A stretch of DNA of 64,000 nucleotides from Epiperipatus broadwayi (Eukaryota > Animalia > Onychophora), in NCBI GenBank assembly GCA_028023455.1, contig JAQFVV010000003.1, positions 14,136,001 to 14,200,000 of the forward strand, given 5' to 3'. Position numbers and translations under genes: made by a program. The notes beneath the pieces are model-generated. The model saw only the letters and a list, made by a program, of their open reading frames with translations, was not told the origin of the DNA and ran no database searches. This document shows, in pieces, positions 12,877 to 25,805 of the stretch (positions are counted from its first letter, which is position 1; each line of letters begins with the position of its first letter).

Positions 12877-15800
12877 GTTTTGGGGAGATTAAGTAGCTCA
12901 TCCCCAAAACAGCAAAGATGTTTTTCTAAAAACTAATCATGCTGGAATTTAAACTCAAGCAATTCATTTATATATTTTATGGTAACATAAAATTGGTATA
13001 ATTTAGTAAAATTTTATCTCACTCTGATAGATCTCCATTATTAAATTTTAAAAAAGTATTCATAATTAAAGTTAAATTATTATTTTGGCATAATCACGCT
13101 TGAAAAATTTTTGAGAGGTATAGTTTCATAATATTCGGCCATATATAAGAACTTATATAATATTATACTTTGATAGTTATTTTAGAAATGATCAATAAAT
13201 GTTTGAAATCTGCTGTAATAAAAATGGTAATACAATTTACATTAACACAATATTATTTCTCAGATCTCTCAACACTTTCCTTTATTAAAAGCTTCTAGAG
13301 AGATTTTTAAATTGACTGTGATCTTAACTTACAGAAAAATCATACATTGTGATAGCATTTTTGATGGTGAATCCTGCTTAGAACAGTGATTTAATTATAA
13401 CAGATCTTTAAAAATAATTTGAATATAGTATATGATCTTTCAGATGCCTTCTAATAAAGTAGAATGTTATGTAGATATAATTTGACACTTTGGTTAAATT
13501 TTTTTAAAAAAAAAAAATCTCTTTTTTTTCCCCTTCATCTACTAAAAAAAAAATTCCCAACTAACCATCCCAACAATTCATAAAAAATTGATATTTTTAA
13601 AAAATAATTTGAATTTATTTTAAGTCTTGCTTCTGTTTGATGATTTTATTTGGGTTGATTTATCACATTATATATATCTCGAGCATTATTTATGAAATGT
13701 AGATCTGTCTGAATTATGTGGAAAGACCAAATCCTTTTGCATTGTGTTCCTGATATTGGCATAATAATTTGTTAAACTCCCACATTAAAAATTATGCTAT
13801 ACCCCCCTCCCCCACAGAATTATTCTTTTTAAAAGATATGTAAAAACATCTGACCTTGTTTATCTGTAAGAGATCTATAGGGAAAGAATATAAAACATGG
13901 CAAAATGACAATAAAATAGAAACAAATATCTTAAGAAAGAAGCAATGCTGTATGTACCACATGGCATTTGCTAACGTATCATTTTATTAATAATTTTAAG
14001 GTTTCATGCACCAACTGAAATGATTTGTATATTAATCAATCTATTGTATAAATTTTAAAAAATACTAATACTTCATCATAAAAAAATATTGATAATATTA
14101 AACACTATCTTAATGCATTTTTGATGCTAAGCATTCTTGTCAAAGGTAAGCTTTTTTTAAAAAAAATTAATGATTGCTTATGATAAAGATTCTCAACCAT
14201 GAAAAGGTGTTAAAGTTCTATTTAAGATTATCAATGCGATATTAGTTTTTAATTTATTATATTTCAGTGAGTTTTTCTAATCAGTCTATTGTATGTAAGT
14301 TTTCAAATGATGTTGGAACAAAATTTTATTACACGGAATAATATTTTAATGGAGCAATACTTCTCTTTATATTGGATGATATTCATTTCCCCAATTTTAA
14401 TTTGTAATTAAAATAATATAGAATAGAATGTTTAATACTGTCTCCATATGTTCAGTGGATTTTTATGCAAAAACACATACACATTATATATTATAACCTT
14501 TTAATTTAATAGCTATTTCAGAGAATAATTTAAATTTCACATAATAGTCAAAATTTTAAATTTATGAAATACATAGTCATATTAATATTAATTCGTATAG
14601 TTTATTAAAAGTCTAATTTATAAAATATAATCATAGGATTCTGTCAATATAACCAATACACCTTTTATAATAGTCACAAATACTTTCAATGTCAAATTTA
14701 TTTCATTTGTAATTTTATTTAATAATAATAAACATATTTATATTATATTATATTTATCAACATTTATAATATTCTTTAAATCTTATAATAGGAACATTTA
14801 TTTAATTTCATTTATAGCGACTCTTGAAAAATGTGTGTGTGGGAATGTGTTCAAAATCTTATTTAACAATTATAAATGAATTGCACATCCTTGTTTAAAT
14901 GATATTTTTATACCAACTAGAATATTGAATTATTTAATATTATGATTTTTAAATAGTAATAATTTTATTTTTTAATATAATTTTTAATTATATATTTAAA
15001 TTTAAAGTATTCTTTAAATGTTTAAATATTTTGTTAATTTAATATTTTGTCATTATTATTAAAAATTGTAGACAAAATTAATTTAAGCAAAAGCTTTTCA
15101 GTTGATTAAAATTAGATGACCAATGAAACTGATTTAATCAGTAGTCTGACATCATAGTGTCTACAAGATAAAAGATGATGAGCAGATGAAATTTGAGTGA
15201 TATTGGAAAATTGAATAAATAGTAGGAATTAATAAACCTATTTTTGTTAGTTCCATAAAATTTATATTTTATTTTAAAATAATTTAAAAGTTATCTTAAG
15301 TTGAATAATTATATTCAATATGTTTTAAAAGGATTACAAAGTGATTATGGAATAAGTAAATTATTATTATTAGCTGTGAAGCTAATCCTATCTTAATATT
15401 GAATTGTAGTCAAACCATTGTTATTACTTAAAGTACAAAGAAACAGTAGCATTATTATTCTCAAGAAAAAAATGAAAGTGATTATCAAATTCAAAGAGTT
15501 TACAAATTTGTTTGCATAAGAATGTATTTTATCTCTGTATTTTTAATGATTATAAAAATTAGTTTACTCAGGAATCTTTATTTATTTAAAAGGAACAGTT
15601 ATTATAGACTTATTAAAATACTTCATAGAATTTTAAGTTAGATATCTAATAGTAATTATGAACTTGTTTTTTTTTTAAAAAAAAAATAATTATATTAGAT
15701 ATAATGACTAGCATGCTGAAAGGAAATTAAAACTAAATAGTTGAATAAATAATATGTACTTTTAACAGTTATTACTAAATTTACCAGAGTAATTGATATT

Positions 15801-16020
15801 TTTCTATAATGTTAAAATGGAAAATGAATAACTCTTGCTTATATTTAAGAATATGTATATTTTAAGATGAAATGAAATATTATGATAATTTAAAAGGAAT
15901 TATTTATTTCAATAAATAATATCAAAGAAGAATATAAATTATATTTTTAATAAACAAGAACTTGATATTGTACTGAAACGTCAGCTTTTAGCTTTTTCAC
16001 TACACGGAATATCCCGCAAA

Positions 16021-16101
16021 TAGTAGTAGTAGTAGCAGGAGTAGGAGAAGGAGTAGTAGTAGTAGTAGTAGTAGCAGTAGCAGTAGTAGTAGTTGTAGTA
16101 G
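16021..16101. repeat. Imperfect (TAG)n/(GTA)n microsatellite
   Basis: Directly visible tagtagtagtagtagcagg...agtagtag. Confidence 0.95.
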
Positions 16102-19100
16102 ATGTGTGTATATGACTTATAAAAATAGAAAGATGAGCAGATAAAAAATAGATTTATGAATGATTACAGGAGAAACTACTTATGTGATATATGCCTCTAA
16201 TGGATAACTAATACTATAAAATATTTAATATTTCAAGAAGTACTTTAAAATAATTATATGTTCAAGATATGTAGTGCACTAAATTCTAATTAAGGATTCT
16301 ATATTAATCATTGAAGAGCACTAAAGAGTTTTAGAAAACATTTATTAGTTGTGATATACCCTTCTCTCTCTTTAAAATGCTGTACTTTTAAACAATGATT
16401 TTACAAGTTGGAGGAGAGAAAAAACGACAAGAGAAGTTACAACCACTGACTATCATCATAGTGATAATTGTTTAGAGATTGAGAAATTAAAAAAAAAAAG
16501 ATTGACGAAGTTTATATATGTGCTTATGATATATATATATTTTAAGTACATTAAGGAAAATAGTTAAGTATTTTATATATTTATTCAGGATTCTAATATT
16601 GTTATAATTTTAAAAATAGCATTAGATTTTAAGACATTGAAGTTAAAGATATACTCTGATTATATTTGTATGTTTTATATGAGTTGTCTCATGGACATGG
16701 TAATTTTATTGTACACTATTTTAATACGCAAAACGATAATTGTTTATTTAAGAAAGGTGTATAGATTAGATTATCATTTTATTGTACTAGGATATATTTC
16801 TGTGATACAGAATAACTAAGTATGAATCAAGAAAATGGTATATTTTTCAGATAAAAAATATAAATGCTTAAGAAATGTATATTATAAATAATGAGTGGTA
16901 TAATGTATATGTAGTATTTAATGATATTCAATATTGATCTCAAATATTGCAGAGTAGTATGTGTATCATATGATGTTTGTCATATTGATAAATATTATTT
17001 GTTTTAGCAAATGATCTATTATAATCAAAGATTTATAAAGGTTAGGAAGATAAAAGTTATATACTAGAATGAAAATATAATCTACGAAGAGGAAAGCTAA
17101 GATTTTAATGGTAAGATCAGTGACATAATAATGTCTACTCAGGTTATAATTGTTGATAAATAAATGTTAGTTTCCTCCATTTCTACAATGTAATTTTTTA
17201 AAACTAGTTTTTTTTTTTATCCTAAATAGTATCTTTGACAGTGAATCATAGCTAAGCAATGTATGTGATATATAGAAGAGTTTATAGTTTTACTTCCTAT
17301 AGTTGATAATGATAGCTTAAAGAAGAGGAAATACACCTAGATATTTGTAAGAAAATAATAAGATGGTATGAAATCATTGATAATGAAGATGATAAAAGAA
17401 GTATATTTGATAACTGTGAGAGATGAATGTATAAGATTTAAAAGTGAATATTCTTGGTTCAAGTGGTTATTTAAAGTATCTTATTTATTTGCATAAACAA
17501 TATAAAAGAATAAAAGGTGATTCAGTAAATAATATTATTAATATGGTAATAATAAATCTGTATTGCATTGTATTTGAATAAATTTAAGAAAGGTAAATGT
17601 TAAATTACCTACCACCCATGAACTATGGGAATAAAATAATTGCTAAACTCAATTGGAATATGAATGAGAATTAAAATAATTTTTAATATGAACCAGAATG
17701 CTAATAATATAAAACAATTGTCTATTTATTTATTTATTTCTCAAATGATATTGATATGAAGAGACCAATGAAAGGAGGATTGTATTTATTTATTTTTTAT
17801 TTTGATGTATAAATGTAAATGTTATTATAATAATATAAGTTATACATATAGTTTAATTGTAATGCATAATTGAAAATGTTATAAATACTTCACTGTTGTG
17901 AATAAATGTATGTTTTTAATTTAAACTAGATGACTCGTGTCATTTCTTCATGGAATCATAAATATTATGTCATATTTAAGTACATAGCACAATAAAGTTT
18001 TCATATAAATTTATGTATTGGACTTTTATTGGAGTTCAAATAAAGAATTAAAACTTAATAAATTAAATATCTATCACTATTGTTTTCTAATTTAATCAAA
18101 GTAATATCCCAATTGCTTATTAATTTATTTAAAATTTCTATACATGAATAAATATCTGAAATTTAAATCTAAGAAATTATTCTATGTCTAGAGCATTATA
18201 GAAATTCATATTATTTAAAAATCACATATGTATTTTTAAAGTTAGTTTAAATCTTATAAAATTATAAGATCATAGCAGTAAAATAAAATTTTTAATATGA
18301 TTAAGCCTTAATTATTGCATTATTTTAACTAGCTAAAATTTAAGCAGACAATTTTTCATGTTGAAAATAAATATCATGGATTAATGCCAAAAATAATTAA
18401 TATGTCTAAAGATTGATTAATATAAGATTATATTTTAATCAACAATGATTTGAATACCAGTAAATGATTACTCTGATTAATGGTTATTTGTAAGTACATG
18501 GTTTAGTAATAAGTAGTTTTATGAATTATTAGTTTAATGTTAATTTAATAATTTATTTATTGTTATGGCTGTAGTATTAAAGTTATAGAAATTACTAAAT
18601 AATTGTTTTTCATTAGTATGTTTAAGTAAAAGTGTAATTGTTATTTGGATTTCAATAAAATCTATCCAATTATCTAATTGTTAATCATTATTATGTTCAT
18701 AAAAGAAATAATCATTATCCTTGAGTGGTAATAAAATCTCAATAATTACTTAGATCAAATTAATCTGTGTCCTTTGAGATTTATTATATGATAGTTTTTT
18801 ATAAGTACCAGAGAATAAATAGTAATGTAAATAGTTTTAATCATTATTCATTATGAAATTCTTATGATAGTCATTGTTTATTATGGAGTTAATATGATAA
18901 TATCTGGAGAGTTTCTATAATAGCAATGCCATTGTGAAATATATTTTAAATACTTTGCAATGTTAAAACCTATGTTTGTGACTTTTCCTATAACATATCT
19001 TATGTTGATCATAATAGTAGTATTAGTCAAATAGAATCTCAATAAGGATATATATATAGTAGTCAATTAGAGTCTCGGTCAGGGTATTATTTGTCATTCA

Positions 19101-20126
19101 TTCTCATTTGTGTAGTGTGGAAAGATTATAATATATATACACTCAGCGCTTGTAATTCACATTTATCAAGGATTGGTAAATAAGCCAGAAATTTTATTTA
19201 GGAAATAACTTCTTTTTTAAAATAATAATAATGATAATAATAAAAAAATACCGATTTATCATATTATTTAATTGGAGTTTTTAAAGTCACCATTTTTAAA
19301 AAATTTAGAATTTAACAGAATAAAATACTTCTTTTTTAATTTGCTGATGAATATTTAAACATAATATTAAAAATTTGCTATTTAATATGCATCAATATAT
19401 TTTTTACTTCATCCTACTTTCAATCATGTAATCATTATTGTTATAAATGCAAACTTTTTATAATATGTATAAAAACATAAAGTATATACAAGTCTGTATA
19501 TAAAATAGATGATTCATTCTAATAGGAAATAAAACAAAATATAATATTAAATATAAATCCTTAATTTTAAAATTATTTCATAAACATATTCATCTAACAA
19601 ATTATAAGATATATATATATATCATTTCAATTCAGTTATGCATATAAATTTATTAGATTAAACAAATATTCCATATCCATGTACACAAATCACATCTCTT
19701 TACCATTTAATTCAACCTGTAACATCTCTTAAAACCCACACACACATATCATAAAAAATTGTTAAACAATATAATAATTTATTAAGTTACCTTTTTATTC
19801 TACATTTTTAGCTTACAAATAACTCATTCTTTAATATCACCACCAGAACCATCTTCTCTCATTATGCATGCATTTCATGAATAACCTCCATTGCTCAGAT
19901 GAGCCAGAGGTATCAGACACAGCTCCATGCTCATATTTACAACCCAATATCTTTTAACCCAGTGAACAATCTACTAATGCAACCAAAATGTTAAATTTGA
20001 TTGTGTCAATCAAACGGTGTATGAAAAAATATTGAGCTGTTGATGCAGGTATGGAGATTCAAATCCTTGATATTCTGAGATTACGTAATGAGTAAATGTT
20101 ATATATCATATCATTTACAACTTTCT

Positions 20127-20915
20127 TAAACACTTTAACAATACTGTTTTTTATATCAAAACTTTATTCTAACAGTTTCGACTATCCTGCAGTTATTATC
20201 AGAGCTACAATATCCAAATATATAATTATACAATTACTACATTTTATACACATATTCATATACATAATTAAATACACAAATAAAATATACATTTTAAACC
20301 TGATCTTTATAAATAATCATTTCTCTTTTTTATTACTTTACTCTTAATTAATTCTATCCACATTTATTTTTATTACTTTATTTTTAAAAATTATTTATTA
20401 TAATTTTAATTCTAAAAAACTTTAACTTTTTATTCTACTATTCAATACATATTATTGTCTTTCTATTTATATTTTTAATCAACTTCTAACCTTTTCTTAT
20501 TTTTATTAAATATTTTATAATTAACTATTAACTTTATTCACATTACTTTTTTATATTATAAAATTACTTACTTCTTTACAATCCCAAATAAAGATAATAA
20601 TATGTATAGAATAAAAAGTTAAAATTTTTTAGAATTAAAATTATAATAAATAATTTTTAAAAATAAAATAATATAAAATAAATGTGGATAGAATTAATTA
20701 AGAGTAAAGTAATAAAAAGGAAAATGCTTATTGATAATGGTCAGGTTAAAATGTATATATTTTATTTGTGTATTTAATTATGTATATGAATATGTGTATA
20801 AAATGTATTAATTGTACAATTATATACTTGGATATTGTAGCTCTGGTGATGACTGAAGGACAGTTGAAACTGTTAGGATAAAGTTTTGATATTAAAAACA
20901 GTATTGTTAATATTG
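20127..20915. mobile_element. Family C fold-back: two ~335-bp inverted arms, each with a hammerhead-like motif (inverted Penelope-type pseudo-LTR pair)
   Basis: 20127-20462 is the reverse complement of 20588-20915, with a ~125-bp spacer; motifs CTGATAA T AACTG-CAGGA-TAGTC GAAAC TGTT (-, 20171-20202) and CTGGTGA T GACTG-AAGGA-CAGTT GAAAC TGTT (+, 20843-20874); helix I weak. Confidence 0.75.
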
Positions 20916-21849
20916 TTCAATGGTTTAAGAAAGTTGTAAGTGGTATGATATATAAAAGTAGAAAACAATACATAAGAAAAGGAAGAACAAAATTATATTA
21001 CTTCCATATGAATAAAGATTGTTACAAAATACATGCATGATACAAGAAACTGGATTGATGCATATATTTTTAAGAAATCTTTTGATTTTTTTACATATTT
21101 GTATGAATGAATATATCAAATTTAAAAAAAAAAAAGTTTATAACTGAGGATTATAAAACTTTTAAATTAATATATTCAACGTGTTATACAATTGAAGTAA
21201 ATTTATCAGTAATTAACTGATTAGTTGAGAAATGAATGTTAATTAAAAGACTAATGGAAATAAATCAGTAATTTGTGCTCCAGAAATTTGCTTTTTAATT
21301 GTTTAGCTTGCTGAACAACTAATTAAATTCTTGATGAATAATTAATTCCTTTCAACATCCAACTGATGATTAATCTGTACATTACCTTCATGTTTGCAGC
21401 CATTTATTTCTATAACATGTAGACATTTCATAAAAAAGCCTTAAATACATATCTACAAATATACAGTCTTAATGTTAACTTATAAGCTTATTCAGGTATT
21501 GTTGTCTTGCAAATATTTTATCACATAGCTTGTTTATAAGTTAGTATTATGCTATGTTTGATTCCAACTCTTGTGTTAAGAATTTTGCTCAGCATTCATT
21601 ATATAAATATCTTCAAACTCTTTCATGCCTCAATTGAGAATTTTGTCTGAATTACACTAACACATAATTTTTGGTACTTGTCAGTTAGCCGGATTGTGCC
21701 ACTAGGCTATGCTGCAGTACTCATCAAGAACCATACAAGTGATAAATTTCTAGTGAAGAAATCGCTGTAAAATTAAAATGCCTAAGGCAACATGAAGAAA
21801 TGAACAGCATGGTCCAGCTAACCGACAAGTACCTAATTTTTATTCCTAA

Positions 21850-22017
21850 GACGTAGTCATATGGTATTAAAAAATTCTGACTTGAACAAAACTTCTTCAC
21901 ATGTGCAGCATTTCTATCTCCAAAGTGTGCCTTTTTTTTTTGAGCTTTTAAAATGTTTTTTAATAAACTCATTTTATAGATGGTACATTTGAAGGGTTTT
22001 CCACCAGTATATTTCAT
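21850..22017 (-). pseudogene. Possible decayed C2H2 zinc-finger linker/finger remnant
   Basis: YTGGKPFKCTI resembles the HTGEKPFxC linker and AHFGDR resembles a second linker, but zinc-ligand spacing is broken. Confidence 0.3.
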
Positions 22018-22317
22018 GCCTTTGAGGATTTCCTTTTTATTAAAAAAAATACCTTGTCATTTCTCTTCTTAGAGGGCTCTTATCAGCTCAGCATGTCCTC
22101 ACTTTAGTTAGGTAAATGATTTTTTGGGTCAGAAGCCTCTGGGAGGCATGGACTCTATCTTGTGATAATTTTTTTTATTGGTTTTCTCAAGATGTTCTAA
22201 TGCAGATTTTCTTTTACATATATTGATGCTTCAGCACTAATATATTACTCTGAAAACTATGACTTTTTAATATAAAAAATTTCAGAAAATTATTTATTTA
22301 AAATCAATGCTATAAAA

Positions 22318-22780
22318 CAGAGGTGGCCAATTTTTGTGTTCATAAGATCTACTTTTTATTTTTAAAATGTGTTTCAATCGACTGGTTGTCACAGGCGTAG
22401 ACTAAGTGGAGGGAGGTGTGAAATACATACTATTTTTATATATCTACTTACTAAAAAATAACAATTATTTAACCGGCCAAAAACTCATGTCTGGGAGAAT
22501 TAAAGCAGCATGAGTAAATTATTAACAATATTTATTAATTCAAACTAGCTACATTAAATCAAGATTAAAAATATTATTTTCAATAATGATACGGCTTAAT
22601 GGACTTTACCTATCTAGAATTGAACAAAACAAAAATAACAATAAAAAAAAAAAATTGAAAATCTTGACTTAATTTGTTTCACTCGTTACCCGACAGCTCT
22701 TGCCAGATTGGCCTCGCGATCGACCAAAAATGGCTTTGCGATCAACCGGTGGATCACGATCGACTTGTTGGACACCCCTG
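22318..22780. mobile_element. hAT-superfamily MITE (463 bp)
   Basis: TIRs CAGAGGTGGCCAA / TTGGACACCCCTG; 8-bp TSD ctataaaa / ctataaca (1 mismatch); subterminal CGATCGAC repeats. Confidence 0.85.
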
Positions 22781-23474
22781 CTATAACAAATAAGTCTTAA
22801 TTAGAAGATTGTTAAAAAGTTAAAGAACTTGAAAAGTGATTGATGTTTGAATAATGTATGAAGACTTTTAAAAAACAATAAACAAACTAAATATTAATTT
22901 TTTTTATTTATAAAAGATAATTTAACATGGATAATTTAATCAAATTGTATTTTTTTTTAATATTAAAAAATTATCTCTATGTCTGTTCTAATTGAGATGC
23001 ATTATAAATCAATAAAATCTGAAAGAATGAAATCATGTTGTTTGTGGTGGTAAAAACAATCGCAACAAAGTCTCTCACCAATTTTAAGATTATTATTGCA
23101 TTGGATATCAAAAAACCGGGTATATTGGAGAAATAATGAATTAATACATTATTTGATCATAATTATATTTATAAAATGCATACTCGTTACTTAACGTAAT
23201 ATTAAAGCTAATTAGACAGTAGGTTAAGATAAGAGTGGCCGTTCTTGTCTTTTAAATAAATCGTGTTAAAGATTTGCAAAAGTCCCTACTGTCGTTTTTT
23301 CAGGCGCATATTCTTAAGGTTTTAGCCTTAATAAATGTTATTTGATCATGTAAAAAAAATTCAAAAATTTGATTCCTAGGAGCATCTCTGCTGAATAAAG
23401 TGAGAAATTGAAATAGCCTAAAGCCTTTTATAAGAATTTGGGAATTTCTTAAATCAAACAAATATCAAAACTTT

Positions 23475-23640
23475 GGCAGGATGGCTCAGTTGGTTAGAGC
23501 GTTACCTTAAAATTCAATACTCAAGAATCTAAGGATCCAGGTTCGAATCCCATGCTAGTACTATCCCTGGTCAGGCCAGCAACACCTGAAGAAGAGGGGA
23601 GAATAATACCTCTTGAAATGTATATACTAACCTGTTTGAA
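23475..23640 (+). mobile_element. tRNA-derived SINE head followed by a hammerhead-like segment
   Basis: A box TGGCTCAGTTGG, D-arm GCTC/GAGC and B box GGTTCGAATCC (23540-23550), but no acceptor or anticodon stem pairing; then CTGAAGA AGAGG-loop-CCTCT T GAAA at 23586-23618. Confidence 0.7.
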
Positions 23641-24510
23641 GTGTTATTACTAACGGTTGAATGTTTTTGGAATATTTAAATAAAAGTTAAATTTTTCTAG
23701 ACATTCAATACACATATTAGATAATGGAAATAGTCCAATATAAAAATATAACTAGAATACTATCATCATAAACTTTCAAGAAAACACTGATATATTATCA
23801 TTTCTTTAATATTACATTATCAGTACATATTCTTTAACAGTAACTTATTTCTAACAATTATTTTTAATAAATATTAAAATGATTACTAATTATTTTTATT
23901 AATGTAGACTTTTTCTCGTAATTACACTCTAGAAATATAAGAATGGTAGTAGTTGAAAGAAGAAAAAAAGTTAAAACGATATTAATCAGTGTTTATGTAA
24001 AAAATATCGTGAATAAACACTGAAATTTATAGTGGAAATTTTCCGTGCGTTAAACTAGAATATTTTCTGCTATGATATAACTAGGAAATTCATAAATTAA
24101 AATCAATGGTCCAAATTTTTTGACTTTAAATTTTTCAATGTTTACATTTTAAGTCCATGAAAGTATTTAATTTAATAAATATCACTGACTCATTTGTACA
24201 TTATTAAATTTAAATTTCATATCAATAAAATGTGATTGATAATTTATTTATTTAAAAATCCATGGATAACTTTTTTTTTTTTTGCTTGGAGCAATGATCA
24301 TCATTGAAGTGTGTGAACACTATATAATTTCAATAATGTATTTGTAAGTAACTTAAAAAAATCAAATAAGTTATAGATAATTCTAGAGCAATGCTAATTA
24401 TATGATCATTAGAGATTAGCGTTGTCTTGATGACACCTAGTAATAATAATTTATTGAAAAGTAGTTATAAAAAGATGCTGTTAAAAATTTATATTGACAA
24501 TTAAATTTAT

Positions 24511-24815
24511 ATCATCATCATCATTTTTAATCTTGATCTCACTGCATGATAGTCTTTCCAAATTTAATCTAGTTTCTTCAATACATAGCTTCTCTTCTCC
24601 ATACTACACCAATAAACTTCTATATTTTATCAATATATCTCACACATAGTCTCTTTTCGGATTTTTTATAATCTCCTGGGATCCTGTTTAAGGCTTCAGT
24701 TGTCCTACTATCATCTCTTCCAGAAACCTTGATTTTTTCAATATGATTGTCTCTCATCCATGTATATGTATATACACTCAGTTTCTCTCTCTCAAACACA
24801 CACATATTAAAAATT
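24511..24815 (-). mobile_element. RTE LINE 3'-end fragment
   Basis: (CAT)n tail at 24511-24524 on + strand; minus-strand ORF DDSRTTEALNRIPGDYKK resembles the RTE C-terminal DxRWTxxxxxWxPR motif and the 3' end of the 11-12.9 kb copy. Confidence 0.8.
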
Positions 24816-24984
24816 CTCATATAAGATTAAAAAAAACAACCCCAAAATTTAAGCTTTAACTAAATTAATTAGCTAATAGTCAAAAATCTATTTACACCAA
24901 AAGTTTAAAGCCATAAAAATTAATAATTTCTGCTGGATGTTTTTTCTATTTTATAAAGGATGTTTTGTTACATATATGAGTAGA

Positions 24985-25171
24985 ACAAATTATAAAAAAT
25001 ACTCATCCTTTCCCTACAAGTACCATTAAACAGTGGTGTTCAATCTGCAAGGATACTCTTGCTCCAGTCACAAGATAGAAACTTGTGGATGGGGTGAGAA
25101 TATCCTTGGAGATTGAACATCATTATTTTATGGCACTTGTGTGCAAAGGATGATTACTTTCTATAATTTGT
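24985..25171. repeat. ~75-bp inverted-arm fold-back with a hammerhead remnant in the loop (A/B-related)
   Basis: 24985-25060 pairs with 25097-25171; the loop gtcacaagatagaaacttgtggatggggtgagaatat resembles the family A gccacaagccagaaactagtctgggg and family B ggggttggggatattc. Confidence 0.65.
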
Positions 25172-25769
25172 TACAATCTAAAATACAGGCTTTGTAAAAG
25201 TTATTAAATATTATATATAAGTAGAGTAACTATTGATTTGATTTTCATTAGCGAGCTTTTTGAATTATTGCAATTTTTAAAGTACAAATTTTTAGCAAAT
25301 AGTATTTTTTTTCAAAATATATACTTCCAGGAATAATTTTCTTTACACTTTATTAAAATCATTTATTGTAGCATCTGATTTATTAGGAAAATATTACTTG
25401 AAACTATTAAAAGGATAGTTAGTTTACATTGATTTGTAGTTAGATGTTGAATTATTTCTATCATTTAGCTGAAGTGCCAAAATATTTTTTAAAAAAAAAT
25501 AATTTGTATTTATGTTTTTCTAAATGCAATCAACTGTATAATAACACACAGATTAGAATGAATACCAACCTATTCTGCTCTAACCTAAATAAAGTTTGAG
25601 CTTTCTAAAAAATATCATTTTAACTAGATGATTGAAATAGCCAAACATATTAATTACAAGTAAAATTCTATCACCAATAACCTTCAGTTAATCACTACAC
25701 TCTAATGGCCAAATATTTTTTACTAGAGTAAAATGGAGGATAGAGAAAGTTAAAAGAAGAGAATAAGAT

Positions 25770-25805
25770 CTGATGAAGACTGCATGGTACAGTCAGAACT
25801 GTAAT
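25770..25805 (+). other. Isolated decayed hammerhead-like motif (family C-like helix II)
   Basis: CTGATGA A GACTG-CATGGTA-CAGTC A GAAC TGTA: perfect 5-bp helix II, one A missing from GAAA. Confidence 0.5.

Noticed and set aside
14480-14700. Third Penelope endonuclease fossil on the minus strand
   Set aside because: Only faint, frame-hopping similarity in very AT-rich sequence; not distinguishable from chance by eye.
23475-23556. Functional tRNA gene
   Set aside because: A and B boxes and the D-arm are present, but the acceptor, anticodon and T stems do not pair; better explained as a SINE head.
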